Translations under genes and position numbers: made by a program
DNA from: a virus
Lineage: Duplodnaviria > Caudoviricetes
IMG/VR virus record: IMGVR_UViG_3300020464_000009
Span: 1 to 39,471 of that record
Reading direction: 5' to 3' (one strand)
Length of the DNA stretch: 39,471 nucleotides
Part shown: positions 8,793-17,993 of the stretch, piece after piece
Position numbering within the stretch: position 1 is the first letter of the stretch
How the letters are laid out: the number at the start of each line of letters is the position of its first letter
The notes under the pieces: generated by a model
The model's input: only the letters and a program-made list of their open reading frames with translations
The model's database searches: none
What the model was told of the DNA's origin: nothing

Positions 8793-9062
8793 ATGCCTTA
8801 CAAACGTCCCGCACCTGAACCAAAATTCAAAGAAGGAGATTTTGTCAAAGAAACAAAGCACATTGCACTCCAAGTCAATTTCAACCCCCGAGACTACAAA
8901 CGAGTTGAAAGAGGAATTGGAACAGTAATCGACGTTATTGTCAAGAAAAATCGAGCTGGTTCCAAACATTTTTACTACAGTGTTTTATGGTCAGGAACTA
9001 AAACGGAAAGCACACACAGTCAGATGCGTCTTGCATTAGTTGAAGATACACAATCTGAGTAG
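8793..9062 (+). CDS. Small SH3/KOW-like hypothetical protein
   Basis: PKFKEGDFV...GIGTVIDV...YYSVLW pattern. Confidence 0.55.
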   Translation: MPYKRPAPEPKFKEGDFVKETKHIALQVNFNPRDYKRVERGIGTVIDVIVKKNRAGSKHFYYSVLWSGTKTESTHSQMRLALVEDTQSE

Positions 9063-9637
9063 TGCTTGCTTCGTTTGATTTTATTTCACCTCCTGAGTTG
9101 ATTGCTGTAACCACAGCGTTTCTAGGGGGTGAGATATTTTTAGATCCTGCCTCGAGCGATCGAGCAAACACTGTCGTTCAGGCTTCTCGATTTTTTACTT
9201 GGGAAAACGACGGACTAAACCAAACATGGAGGGGCAAAAACGTATATCTTTATCCACCTAGAGATATAGCTCTTAAGAGTGAACAGACTAAGTCGACTAA
9301 GCTCTTCGAAAAAACTAATTACTTTAAAAAATCAAATCAGAGAGTTTGGCTAGAGCAGGCGCATCGAAAATGGATTAAACGAGAGTTTGATGAAGGCATT
9401 GTATTCATTACATCTACTGAAGTAGCACTATTAGCTACTCAAAAATCTGGTATAGATTTACCAATATGTATTCTCAAGGAACATCCTCAGCTGACTAGAG
9501 ACGATGAAGAAATGAAAAAAACTAAAAACTCGAAGGTGTTTGGTTTTGTCTTCTACTTACCTTCTATCAAAAATTATGAGCACCGAATCCATGATTTTCA
9601 CCAACTATATAGTGATCTCGGTCGTGTATACCTCTAA
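9062..9637 (+). CDS. Phage DNA N6-adenine methyltransferase-like protein with degenerate catalytic motif
   Basis: LDPASSDRAN..VQA..FFT..NDGL.Q.W.G..VYLYPPR follows the layout of phage Dam-like MTases, but NPPY is replaced by YPPR. Confidence 0.65.
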   Translation: MLASFDFISPPELIAVTTAFLGGEIFLDPASSDRANTVVQASRFFTWENDGLNQTWRGKNVYLYPPRDIALKSEQTKSTKLFEKTNYFKKSNQRVWLEQAHRKWIKREFDEGIVFITSTEVALLATQKSGIDLPICILKEHPQLTRDDEEMKKTKNSKVFGFVFYLPSIKNYEHRIHDFHQLYSDLGRVYL

Positions 9638-9878
9638 GAGATTCTTGTGAAGACCATGAATCATCTGGTCCGTATTCATCTCGGTTTGCAAAGCCGTAAC
9701 CAACGGGGCGACTTCTCTGCAAAGACTCTCTTATTTCTCTTTTCTTTTCAGCTCTAAAATCTGTATCTGCAAAAATTTTTCCTGCTAAACGAAAAGCTTG
9801 ATTTTTATCAGTATGCGTGCCTCTTCTGTACGCATATCTGTCAGCTTTTCTTTCAGCAGGCGATTTACCGAGACTCAT
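9567..9878 (-). CDS. Basic hypothetical protein
   Basis: 103 aa with an Arg/Lys-rich N-half; coupled to the upstream stop; overlaps the MTase 3' end convergently. Confidence 0.55.
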   Translation of the reverse strand: MSLGKSPAERKADRYAYRRGTHTDKNQAFRLAGKIFADTDFRAEKKREIRESLQRSRPVGYGFANRDEYGPDDSWSSQESLRGIHDRDHYIVGENHGFGAHNF

Positions 9879-10705
9879 CAGTAAGAGGAGTAAGTCATCA
9901 AATCTTGGACGCCGCGATCTTTAGAGTAGAACTTACTGGCTTTTTGACGATACTCAGGAACATCAGGCACATCAGGTAGATCAGGTGCCCCAGCTCCTTG
10001 AATAAAGCTCTGAGATTGTTGATCCATGTAGTTCATCAAACCACCTGCATTAGACGCTTCTTTAAATTTGTTCATATATGTATTTGCAACATCTTCCATT
10101 TCATTCATTTTCATAGATACAGTTGTTGGGTTTGTAGCTTGATTCATATACGTAGGACGATTTAGATTGCTATAGGATTCAAGATAATTATCGATCTGGA
10201 ATCTCTGCAGTAAAGAATCACCCGCAAGAGTTTGACCGTATTTTGCAGGGTAAGTATTAAGAAAGTTATATCCACGCTGTGCCGCTGGTTCTAAGTAGTT
10301 TTGAAAACGACCTTCAGTGCGATTTACAAACTCAGGAGTCGATTGACCCGTGAGATAAGCAATGTTAAAAAGGTTGTTACGAAGTTGATTTAAATTTTTG
10401 AGAGTCTCAGCATTTACGCGTTGAGTAGCACGTTCAACAAGCTCATTATCAAAATACGCAGCAGGACCAGCTTGGATAAGATCCCCTAAGCCTTCGCTAA
10501 AAGGTCCAGATCCGCTACTGCCTCCACTAGATCCCCCACCAAAAAGGCCACCCAAAAGTGAATCTAAACCAGCAGTAATTCCTCCTTGAAGAATACTACC
10601 TAGGTTGAAACCTCCTCCCCCGCTACTACCGGAGTTGAAAGCACCAGAATAGTCAGTGCCGCTAGTCAAAACCGGAACGCCGAATCCACCAGGAGCTACA
10701 GACAC
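9878..10705 (-). CDS. Putative internal virion / ejection protein
   Basis: Gly-rich hydrophobic N-terminus (LGSILQGGITAGLDSLLGGLFGGG) followed by a Gln/Asn-rich helical body. Confidence 0.5.
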   Translation of the reverse strand: MSVAPGGFGVPVLTSGTDYSGAFNSGSSGGGGFNLGSILQGGITAGLDSLLGGLFGGGSSGGSSGSGPFSEGLGDLIQAGPAAYFDNELVERATQRVNAETLKNLNQLRNNLFNIAYLTGQSTPEFVNRTEGRFQNYLEPAAQRGYNFLNTYPAKYGQTLAGDSLLQRFQIDNYLESYSNLNRPTYMNQATNPTTVSMKMNEMEDVANTYMNKFKEASNAGGLMNYMDQQSQSFIQGAGAPDLPDVPDVPEYRQKASKFYSKDRGVQDLMTYSSY

Positions 10706-10739
10706 TTTGATACCGCTACTTTCTTAAATTATAAGACCT

Positions 10740-11117
10740 CTAGTTGATACGTTTAAAATCTTTGACTGCTTGTTCGATAGCTCCTTTAGCAACATTCATT
10801 TTGTCAGCAATGGTCTCCACGTCAGACTCTTCGGCATTTTTTAATCGATTTAATTCCTCACCCATTTTTTGGAGCTGCTCACGCACGTTCATTTCTTCTA
10901 CTCCAATGGGTCGCGCCTGAGGTACGTTCGAACTCCCCATCGAAGAAACCATCTCACCAAAACGGTTGATGGTATCCATATTTTTATTCACACCAAGAAT
11001 ATTTTGTGTGGGAAAAACAGTTTCCCCCACAGCGTCAAAATTAATCGGGCTGGGGTTATTAAACGCTGAAGAAAAATCATTATCCGAAGTAATAGGAAAG
11101 GAGGAAGAATAATCCAT
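10740..11117 (-). CDS. Hypothetical protein (possible internal virion protein)
   Basis: 125 aa with a C-terminal coiled-coil-like segment. Confidence 0.55.
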   Translation of the reverse strand: MDYSSSFPITSDNDFSSAFNNPSPINFDAVGETVFPTQNILGVNKNMDTINRFGEMVSSMGSSNVPQARPIGVEEMNVREQLQKMGEELNRLKNAEESDVETIADKMNVAKGAIEQAVKDFKRIN

Positions 11118-11122
11118 GGTGA

Positions 11123-11551
11123 TTAGCGAAGATACTTTTTGTAAGTTCCGTGCCTGTATACACTCCAGGCAGTTAAGCCACTCGTATCATAAATCCTTTT
11201 TGCTGCTTTCATATTCACGAATGGATCAAACAGAGCTTCATTAGTCTCGATACCAAACTCCTTGCGGCGCGAAGTGCCAAGCAGGTAGTACGGGAAATCG
11301 ATCATATTGATCTGCATCAGACCATATGAATTATCTGCAGTTTCTAAATTATCATTGTGTGCTCTAGGATTACCTGACGACTCAGCTAATCCTATGGCTG
11401 CGATAGTCGGAGAAATAGCTTCGGAAAAACCTGCTTTTTTTGCGAGAGTTTTTAATTCATAAAAAGTAAAAAACTCAGGTGCAGAAAAAACAGGCGACGC
11501 GACACTCAGAAGTAATAAAACCGATAGGGATATTGATTTAATCTTGTTCAT
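11123..11551 (-). CDS. Lysozyme-like / SLT transglycosylase with N-terminal signal peptide
   Basis: Catalytic AIGLAESSGNPRA, YGLMQIN and PFVNMKAAKRIY...AWSVY motifs; N-terminus MNKIKSISLSVLLLLSVASPVFSA resembles a Sec signal. Confidence 0.85.
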   Translation of the reverse strand: MNKIKSISLSVLLLLSVASPVFSAPEFFTFYELKTLAKKAGFSEAISPTIAAIGLAESSGNPRAHNDNLETADNSYGLMQINMIDFPYYLLGTSRRKEFGIETNEALFDPFVNMKAAKRIYDTSGLTAWSVYRHGTYKKYLR

Positions 11552-11774
11552 CTTCTAAATCATCAAATACACCAATATTAGGATCAACGCAAACTCCAAG
11601 CTCATCGACAACGTACTTGAAGGCTCGTTCACGACAAATAAGCCTAACGATTCGATTCCAAAGATATTGATCTCGTTCTTTGCCTTTGAGTTCGTGTGCA
11701 GCGTTCTTGATCCGGGTCAGTACAAACTCATCTTCCAGGGTAAGACTGACACTTACGTGTTCAGAGCCGTTCAT
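11538..11774 (-). CDS. nblA: NblA-like phycobilisome degradation adaptor (putative)
   Basis: LTLEDEFVL...ELKGKERDQYL...LICRERAFKYVV aligns by eye with the NblA consensus L[ST]LEQ.F.L...ms.e....L......m..en..k.l; size is consistent with NblA. Confidence 0.5.
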   Translation of the reverse strand: MNGSEHVSVSLTLEDEFVLTRIKNAAHELKGKERDQYLWNRIVRLICRERAFKYVVDELGVCVDPNIGVFDDLEDEQD

Positions 11775-11837
11775 CGTATCGATGCTGCTGACTTTAGTCT
11801 AATTAGAATTAAACGTCTACACTATGTCACTACATGC

Positions 11838-12089
11838 TCACCAGTTCTTACATGACCAGTATCCTGCGGTGAGTTTTGACTTTTTCTCGTCGCAGCTGTG
11901 CCTTGCACGAAAGTTCTTACGTCGTTCAGGATCGTCACTTTTGTTTTCCATGTTCGCGTCACCGAACCGGACAAGACGGACCTTATCGCCTTCCTTAGCT
12001 GCCACAGCAAACTGTTTGCCGCCTTGTACGTCGCGTTTCGGCTTGTTGTAGCCGCTGAAAACCTCTCCTGCCAGGCGAATCCGTGCCAT
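11838..12089 (-). CDS. Conserved basic phage protein
   Basis: GYNKPKR...KVRLVRFGD...PERRKNFRARHSC...AGYWSCKNW, a widespread small phage protein pattern. Confidence 0.75.
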   Translation of the reverse strand: MARIRLAGEVFSGYNKPKRDVQGGKQFAVAAKEGDKVRLVRFGDANMENKSDDPERRKNFRARHSCDEKKSKLTAGYWSCKNW

Positions 12090-12226
12090 TAGCTACTGTC
12101 AAGCAAGTCTTGATATATCATAACCGCCATAGAACATTAAGACAAAATAAGTAACCTTTTATTTGTTGCTGTCTAGGTATTTCCTGCTAATCTTTTGTCG
12201 TTGAGATCACTCACTACTTAATTCGC

Positions 12227-12511
12227 ATGGAATCCCAGAAGCTGCTCACAATCGCGCAAACTGCTGAGCTGCTCAATTGCTCAGCTGGGTTTGTTCGTAA
12301 ACGCATTTCGCTTACCGAATCACGTCAACCCGGTGGCTGGCCTAAGAGCACCTACGTCAACCTTCAACCCAATGGTGCGAAATCCCTTTTCCGCATCAAC
12401 AAGGAGGCTCTACAAGACTTTTTGAAGACCCAGGACGAGCAGAAAGAAGTATCTGTAGAAGCTAAAGTTGGAGAAGAAACACCTTGCAGCACGGGTCAGT
12501 GCCCTGTCTAA
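12227..12511 (+). CDS. Excisionase-like (HTH_17-type) DNA-binding protein
   Basis: KLLTIAQTAELLNCSAGFVRKRI...FRINKEALQDFL. Confidence 0.7.
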   Translation: MESQKLLTIAQTAELLNCSAGFVRKRISLTESRQPGGWPKSTYVNLQPNGAKSLFRINKEALQDFLKTQDEQKEVSVEAKVGEETPCSTGQCPV

Positions 12512-12516
12512 ATTAA

Positions 12517-13050
12517 ATGACTTCTTCTAATATCCAACAAATTCTTTCCGAAGCTGCCTTAGCACCAACGGGGGAAATAATCAAAGAAGAAGTTATCGTC
12601 ACCAAAGAGGTCAGTATCGACAATCTCATTTTTGGGATGGTCGAACTGGCCTCTTATCTTTATCACTTGAACATTCAGGCGAATCTGCTCTCCCTAAATC
12701 TTGAAAGCCCTAACTCACTCGAAATGAGTGAGTTCCTCAAAGAGCAGTACAAACGTCACCTCTGTGATTTCAACAGCATGGCGGAAAAGGTTCGGAGCAT
12801 GGACTACCTCCTGCCTATGTGCGAGAAAGGCTTGATGGGAGCCTTTAAAAACTTTAAAAACGTTAAGAGTTATGAGTCTCGGGATAGCCTGGTTACTTAT
12901 GTCCGGAACCTCGAAGACTGCGGTTTCAAGGCCAAGGATCTCTATGACACGGCGCGTGAAGTCGGCGCTCCTGACGTTGAGATGGCGATGGCGTCGATTA
13001 TTGGTAATTTATTCGGGACTGCTGGCAAAATTAAGGCGACTTTGAGGTAG
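12517..13050 (+). CDS. Dps/ferritin-like four-helix-bundle protein with degenerate ferroxidase site
   Basis: LASYLYHLNIQANLLSLNLESPNSLEMSEFLKEQY...NSMAEKVRSMD...AREVGAPDV follows Dps helix spacing. Confidence 0.6.
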   Translation: MTSSNIQQILSEAALAPTGEIIKEEVIVTKEVSIDNLIFGMVELASYLYHLNIQANLLSLNLESPNSLEMSEFLKEQYKRHLCDFNSMAEKVRSMDYLLPMCEKGLMGAFKNFKNVKSYESRDSLVTYVRNLEDCGFKAKDLYDTAREVGAPDVEMAMASIIGNLFGTAGKIKATLR

Positions 13051-13204
13051 TAGGAAAAGGGCAGCCTTTGAAATCATTGATTTCATCCACGGCTAAAACA
13101 AACATCACTGTGACACCTAGACAGAAAGCAAAAAGCATCTGAGCGAAGTTGTAATTACAGTCATTCGCTGTGGGATCTTCTGGGTCGTTGTGAGGATGGT
13201 TCAT
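13031..13204 (-). CDS. Small membrane protein (one TM helix)
   Basis: ATG 13204 overlaps the upstream TAA (TAATG); hydrophobic stretch FAQMLFAFCLGVTVMFVLAV. Confidence 0.55.
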   Translation of the reverse strand: MNHPHNDPEDPTANDCNYNFAQMLFAFCLGVTVMFVLAVDEINDFKGCPFPTTSKSP

Positions 13205-13806
13205 TATGCAGCAGGCACCCAACCCCCTCCAAAAGAAATATATAAACCGCTTGGCGGATCAACTCGATACCCAAAGACCCCAGACGCAGGTACTGAAGGA
13301 AAGGCACCGCTGATCACAGCGATTTCCAGACCTGAAGCGACAAGAGCACCTGATGCTGCCAAAGCTCCAGATGAGGTAACAGCTCCTAAAGCACCAGAGG
13401 CAACGGTAGAACCGAAGGCTCCTGACGCAACCACAGCGCTGTTAGCAACGATTGCGCCTGATGCAATAGTCACTGTGGCGGAGCCAGCTGCATCAGCGAA
13501 GGCAGCGCCAATTTTGATGAAGGAAGAACCATCCCAAACTCGCAAAAAATTATTAGCGCCTGAATCAACCCAAATCTCACCTACTGAATTACCAGTCTCA
13601 CCTGCTGGTGTGCTGTTGGGTGCACTTGAGCCGTAGTGAACGCCTGTAACCTTGCGGATTGCGCCTACTGAGTCTTTAAAGTAAAGACCATTCTCCGCAG
13701 CTGCAAAGTTAATAGCTAACTCGCCAGCTTGGATGGTCGTATCAAGAGGACGGTCAGAGGTATTACCAGACCTTTTAGATAGAAGAGTTACCGGAGTGGT
13801 TGTCAT
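13204..13806 (-). CDS. Tail fibre-associated protein with SG-repeat C-terminus
   Basis: N-terminal KRSG...P.....GELAIN.....LYFKD module typical of phage fibre proteins; GEIWVDS...LRVWDG repeat; nine SG motifs in the C-terminal part. Confidence 0.7.
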   Translation of the reverse strand: MTTTPVTLLSKRSGNTSDRPLDTTIQAGELAINFAAAENGLYFKDSVGAIRKVTGVHYGSSAPNSTPAGETGNSVGEIWVDSGANNFLRVWDGSSFIKIGAAFADAAGSATVTIASGAIVANSAVVASGAFGSTVASGALGAVTSSGALAASGALVASGLEIAVISGAFPSVPASGVFGYRVDPPSGLYISFGGGWVPAA

Positions 13807-15378
13807 TTAGTAAGTACCTCCATTGATAATCGGGCTGAAGAGTGGTGGGACAGGAACTCCGTTTGCATAAACCCCTCCGTCGTAAATAATCGTGCCACTT
13901 GCGCCGCTGATTACACCGTCAACATACTGACCTCCGTCAATAATAGGTCGGTTCTCAGGCGGGACGGGCTGCAGTGGGTTGAATTCATCGATGTCGAACA
14001 TGATGAATCCACTCGGGACAAGAGGAACTGAAACACCAGAAGCCAGCGTGTCAAAGTTGAGGACTTTGACCATGGTTGGGTTCATGTCCGAATACAAGAC
14101 GTGATCTGGGACCGACTCTCGTGAAGGAGAATATGCTTCCCACCAGTTCAGACTTCTTGCTGTCTGGAGTTTTTTAGACTGCTTATCTAAGTTGATATCG
14201 AAATACTCTCGATACCGACCGTCCATTGGCTCGTCAGTAGGTTGTTGTAGAAAAGCGCCTAGGTATTTGTAATTTGGGAATCTGTTTTGCATATCCCACC
14301 ATGAGGCGTAGATGTGTTTGCAGAATTTTGGCTGGAAGAAAAGTAGGTTCGGATCGGAGTAAGAAGAAGCTTTTGTATCTGTACCGTCTACAGGACCGAG
14401 AAAAAGATTTTTTGTGTAGATAAAACCAAAGTCTCTTGTGAAACCTGGAAAGTCACGAGTATCTACCGGTCGTTCACCGTCGAAAGTATTAGTACCAGCA
14501 TCGTATGTACCGGGCTTGAGATCTTGAACACCAGTGTAAGGATATGTTTTCTTCTGCGCGTACTTGTATAAGTTGAAGTCTTCTCTAGCTAAATAATCAG
14601 GGCAGTTACACCCAAAACGCATGGCGGTTGAAAGAAATTCACCGACATTTGGATTGCCGAAAGCAGGACTAGAAAATGACCTGTCCTCGATAGTTGTGAA
14701 ACTTTTATCGGGGGCAACCGAGAGAAAAAGAGTGTCTAAGTCCGAGGCTCCCGTAGGCACCTGAGGACCGGCTGCTTTAGTCCCCACAGCAACAACTGTG
14801 TAGTTGTTGTAGGTCGTTTTAGGTGTACCGTCTGCTTCGAATCGATCTGAAACAAGTTCACCGGTCATGTCAGAAACAGGTGGACCAAAGTTGCTGCTTA
14901 GCTCTACGCCTATGACTTTGTTAATGATGTCGTAATTGAAAACACTTTTGACTGATAAGCCCAGGTCAAGAAGGTTGATACTGTCTCGTGGCCGTATGAC
15001 GACCATCCTCATACCCATGTCCTGTTCAGTGGACGGGTACATGTACATAAGGCCAGGAATCTCAGTGCCGCCAGATCCTGCTTGCCCGTTCATTGCATAT
15101 CTGAACGTATAGTTCAGACCAACCAAAGCCTGGTTGGTGTACATATACAATTCATATCCGCGACGCCAGCGCGTCCACATCGACGAGTAGTTGTAGTCGT
15201 AGAGGACGCTAAAGTCTTTGAGGTTTACGTCAGGTCTGAATTTTTCATGCCACGGCATAGGTCGGTCGAGTGACCTTGCTGTATTGCCACCTTTTACTTT
15301 GTCGAACGAAAAGCTCTGACTCTTGGGTGCAAAGTTATCCCACCCGAAGAAATCAGAGCCTTTGCGACGTTTACTCAC
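13807..15378 (-). CDS. Structural protein with split SWIM-like Zn motif and C-terminal DGG.Y repeats
   Basis: CNCPDY ... FCKHIY; the protein ends with IIDGGQY / IYDGGVY / IINGGTY. Confidence 0.6.
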   Translation of the reverse strand: MSKRRKGSDFFGWDNFAPKSQSFSFDKVKGGNTARSLDRPMPWHEKFRPDVNLKDFSVLYDYNYSSMWTRWRRGYELYMYTNQALVGLNYTFRYAMNGQAGSGGTEIPGLMYMYPSTEQDMGMRMVVIRPRDSINLLDLGLSVKSVFNYDIINKVIGVELSSNFGPPVSDMTGELVSDRFEADGTPKTTYNNYTVVAVGTKAAGPQVPTGASDLDTLFLSVAPDKSFTTIEDRSFSSPAFGNPNVGEFLSTAMRFGCNCPDYLAREDFNLYKYAQKKTYPYTGVQDLKPGTYDAGTNTFDGERPVDTRDFPGFTRDFGFIYTKNLFLGPVDGTDTKASSYSDPNLLFFQPKFCKHIYASWWDMQNRFPNYKYLGAFLQQPTDEPMDGRYREYFDINLDKQSKKLQTARSLNWWEAYSPSRESVPDHVLYSDMNPTMVKVLNFDTLASGVSVPLVPSGFIMFDIDEFNPLQPVPPENRPIIDGGQYVDGVISGASGTIIYDGGVYANGVPVPPLFSPIINGGTY

Positions 15379-15381
15379 GGG

Positions 15382-15936
15382 TCAATAGAAACCGCCTTGT
15401 GCCCAGAACGAAACACCCGAAGGACTCAAACCTCCGGAGACTGCCACGGGGGAATCTCCTAAATAACCAACACCGAGGATATAACCTTTTTCTAAATACA
15501 GAGCTTCATTACCGCCGACCTCAATAGGGCGAAGGAGGTTTGTATCACCTACCTGAGGAACAGGAGCAATTGTTTTCGGAAGCTCGACTCGTTGAATTAA
15601 ACCTTCAGTGCTGCCGGAAAGGCCGACAGTAAATTTGTTAATGAGAATCGCAGCAGCTGTAGAAGGTGCAGCTTGATTAGGCGCGTAGATGTATATGCCA
15701 AAAGCTGCTGCACGAACACCTCCGTCGTCTGGGTAACCTTCGTTCGAGACTACAAAGATGTCTTCAACGATTGCAGCGTCCTCTGAGGGCAGATCACCAA
15801 CACGAACAAGCTGAACCAGATTGGCGAACTCAGTGTTCACCTGGCTGACAGTATTAGTAGAACTGGTGATCTTCGCGCCCCGTAAGAAGGGACGATCGAC
15901 CATCATCGGTTGTTTATTGGTTGAGGTCGATGCCAC
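15382..15936 (-). CDS. Putative structural protein (beta-rich)
   Basis: 184 aa in the structural operon, SD AGGAG upstream, ends in GGFY. Confidence 0.6.
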   Translation of the reverse strand: MASTSTNKQPMMVDRPFLRGAKITSSTNTVSQVNTEFANLVQLVRVGDLPSEDAAIVEDIFVVSNEGYPDDGGVRAAAFGIYIYAPNQAAPSTAAAILINKFTVGLSGSTEGLIQRVELPKTIAPVPQVGDTNLLRPIEVGGNEALYLEKGYILGVGYLGDSPVAVSGGLSPSGVSFWAQGGFY

Positions 15937-15986
15937 TGTGTTCTCCTAGTTTGTTTCTAGTTTAATTTAAAAAGTGATTAGTTTTC

Positions 15987-17324
15987 TCAACGCATCTGCG
16001 GGAAGTTTTGACGGAAAAGCTCAAGCCCCATATCCCTGACTTGATCCATCTGAGCTTGAGTGGCGTTAGGTCCTAGACCAGCGCGAGCTGCCATGTAAGC
16101 CTGGTTACGAGGATCTGCCTCAGCAGCCAAACGACGTTCAGCATCCTCTTTAATAGACTGCATCATTGCAGTGCTCGCCATACGTAGCTCAGGCTGAGAC
16201 CGGGCTTGCGTAAACTGAGAAAGCTCAGAAGCTCCTTGCCTTTCTGCAGTCCCATCTAAGATTGCTCCTGCAGGAGGACCAGCCATATCAGATTCTGCAC
16301 CATAAGTGATGTTGCCAGCGACGTTAGCGGCATCGTCTGAACCAGCTTCTGCCACAAGGCGTTCGGTGGTCACGGCCTCGCCAGTTTGTTGACTTTGAGG
16401 AGCATTTTGCTGAGCTCGATATTGCTCGATCAGGTCAGCAGCTTGTTGGAACCTTCCACTCCGAAGATTATTTAAAAATTCTGATCGAACTAAGTTATAT
16501 TCCTCGCGGCTCGAATAGTTCTCAGGTCCACGAGGTGCGTTACGCATAATGACTTCAGCGAGGGCACCACCCTGCTGAGAAGCAGACGCAAGCACGTCAG
16601 AAATAAGTTTGTTTTCTGCAGCAAGCTCTTGCTCGAACCTTGCAGGAGCATTAACTAATTCTTCTTTACCGAGAACACCGGCTCCAATGATTCCAAGACC
16701 AATCCCTCGTTCGATTAGTTTCGGATCAATGCCACGCAAATCCGTGACTTGAACCCCCATAGGGCGCATGGAGGCAGGGATACTTGGTGCTTGACTCATA
16801 CCTGGAGCCATGCGACGCATCATTTCGCGAGTCACACTAGGCTCAAGATCCATTGCAAACTGACCTTCAGCGGCCTTATACCGAGGGAAACCGGCAGCAT
16901 CCATAACGTCGCCAAGATTCGAACGCATCGAAGCTTCGACAACGTCAGCACTTTTAGAGCTTTTGGCGGGGCTATAGATGCGGCCACCCTGGCCCGGTTG
17001 GGTTAGGGGAATTCTCAGTTGACCTTCAACTTCAATTGACTCAACAGGAGTAAATTCTGCCCTGTTCGGAGCTGGGCGAGAGCGTCCCTCTGTGCCAATC
17101 GGACTCCTTTGTAAAGGCACGTTGGAGCTAGTAGGAGCGCTTTTAGGGCGAGCACCTGGGCCAAACTGTGGTCGCGGAACGGGAATTTTATCAACCGGTC
17201 CGGTTGTCATAGTCGCCCCTTGTTGAATTACTTTACGGGCACCACCGACACCAAGCCTGTCTACTAAGGTTTTGACGAAAGGTCCAAGTAACGGATTATC
17301 TTGCAGCTGCCTAAAATTCGCCAC
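15987..17324 (-). CDS. Putative internal virion protein
   Basis: 445 aa, Ala/Gln/Pro/Met-rich and low in aromatics, with one Gly-rich hydrophobic segment (GIGLGIIGAGVLG). Confidence 0.55.
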   Translation of the reverse strand: MANFRQLQDNPLLGPFVKTLVDRLGVGGARKVIQQGATMTTGPVDKIPVPRPQFGPGARPKSAPTSSNVPLQRSPIGTEGRSRPAPNRAEFTPVESIEVEGQLRIPLTQPGQGGRIYSPAKSSKSADVVEASMRSNLGDVMDAAGFPRYKAAEGQFAMDLEPSVTREMMRRMAPGMSQAPSIPASMRPMGVQVTDLRGIDPKLIERGIGLGIIGAGVLGKEELVNAPARFEQELAAENKLISDVLASASQQGGALAEVIMRNAPRGPENYSSREEYNLVRSEFLNNLRSGRFQQAADLIEQYRAQQNAPQSQQTGEAVTTERLVAEAGSDDAANVAGNITYGAESDMAGPPAGAILDGTAERQGASELSQFTQARSQPELRMASTAMMQSIKEDAERRLAAEADPRNQAYMAARAGLGPNATQAQMDQVRDMGLELFRQNFPQMR

Positions 17325-17352
17325 AATAAACTATGCGATATTTAGTTCTACT

Positions 17353-17973
17353 TTAGCGCCAATTGGCCTGGAAATATAGACGATCGGATCGTGATACATC
17401 AGGAGGTCCAGGTATTGCTTGAATAAACTCACCGCCAGATCTTTCGAACCGATACCTGGCTGCCACGGGGTCTCTGTAATTAGGTACGTAAAGTTGCTGA
17501 GCCAAACGATCGCACTCATACATATAATTTTCACGCCAAATACGAGCGGTTTCTCGTTTGTCCTGAATGTTGATTGAACGCGAAACGTCACCCAAGATGG
17601 TTTCTTGACGACTTGTGGCTCGCCCGTCAGCTAATTCTGTAAAGCGCTCAGCTTCCTCACATCGCTCAATTTGCTGAACGATCTTATCGTTGTAGAACTC
17701 ACTTGGGATACTATTGCAAGCCTCTACTAATCTTGCGTAATCCCCAGCTGGTACAGTAGCGATATTATAAGCAAGATGGTAAGCAACGCGGCTAAAGTTA
17801 TAGTCATCTAATTTGTAACCAAATACTTGAGCAGGGTTACGGGTGATCTGATTGATCGCCGCGTAAATGACTTCACGCTTCGCAGCGTCAGTGGTCGTGG
17901 CGTTAAATGTAACTCCTTGTTGAGCAAGATAACTTTGGATCTGCTCTAGTTCATTTTGACTTAATTGCGCCAC
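17353..17973 (-). CDS. Conserved structural protein, head-tail connector/adaptor candidate
   Basis: 206 aa, helical, downstream of the capsid genes; function inferred from position only. Confidence 0.5.
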   Translation of the reverse strand: MAQLSQNELEQIQSYLAQQGVTFNATTTDAAKREVIYAAINQITRNPAQVFGYKLDDYNFSRVAYHLAYNIATVPAGDYARLVEACNSIPSEFYNDKIVQQIERCEEAERFTELADGRATSRQETILGDVSRSINIQDKRETARIWRENYMYECDRLAQQLYVPNYRDPVAARYRFERSGGEFIQAIPGPPDVSRSDRLYFQANWR

Positions 17974-17993
17974 GATCTACTCAACATTTTCTC

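Noticed and set aside
8032-12511. Prophage integration module suggested by excisionase-like and repressor-like genes
   Set aside because: No integrase, att site or host flanking genes are visible, so lifestyle cannot be called from this window.
13190-13636. 148-aa plus-strand ORF with APDA/APEA repeats
   Set aside because: It is the reverse complement of the SGA repeats of the 13204..13806 gene.
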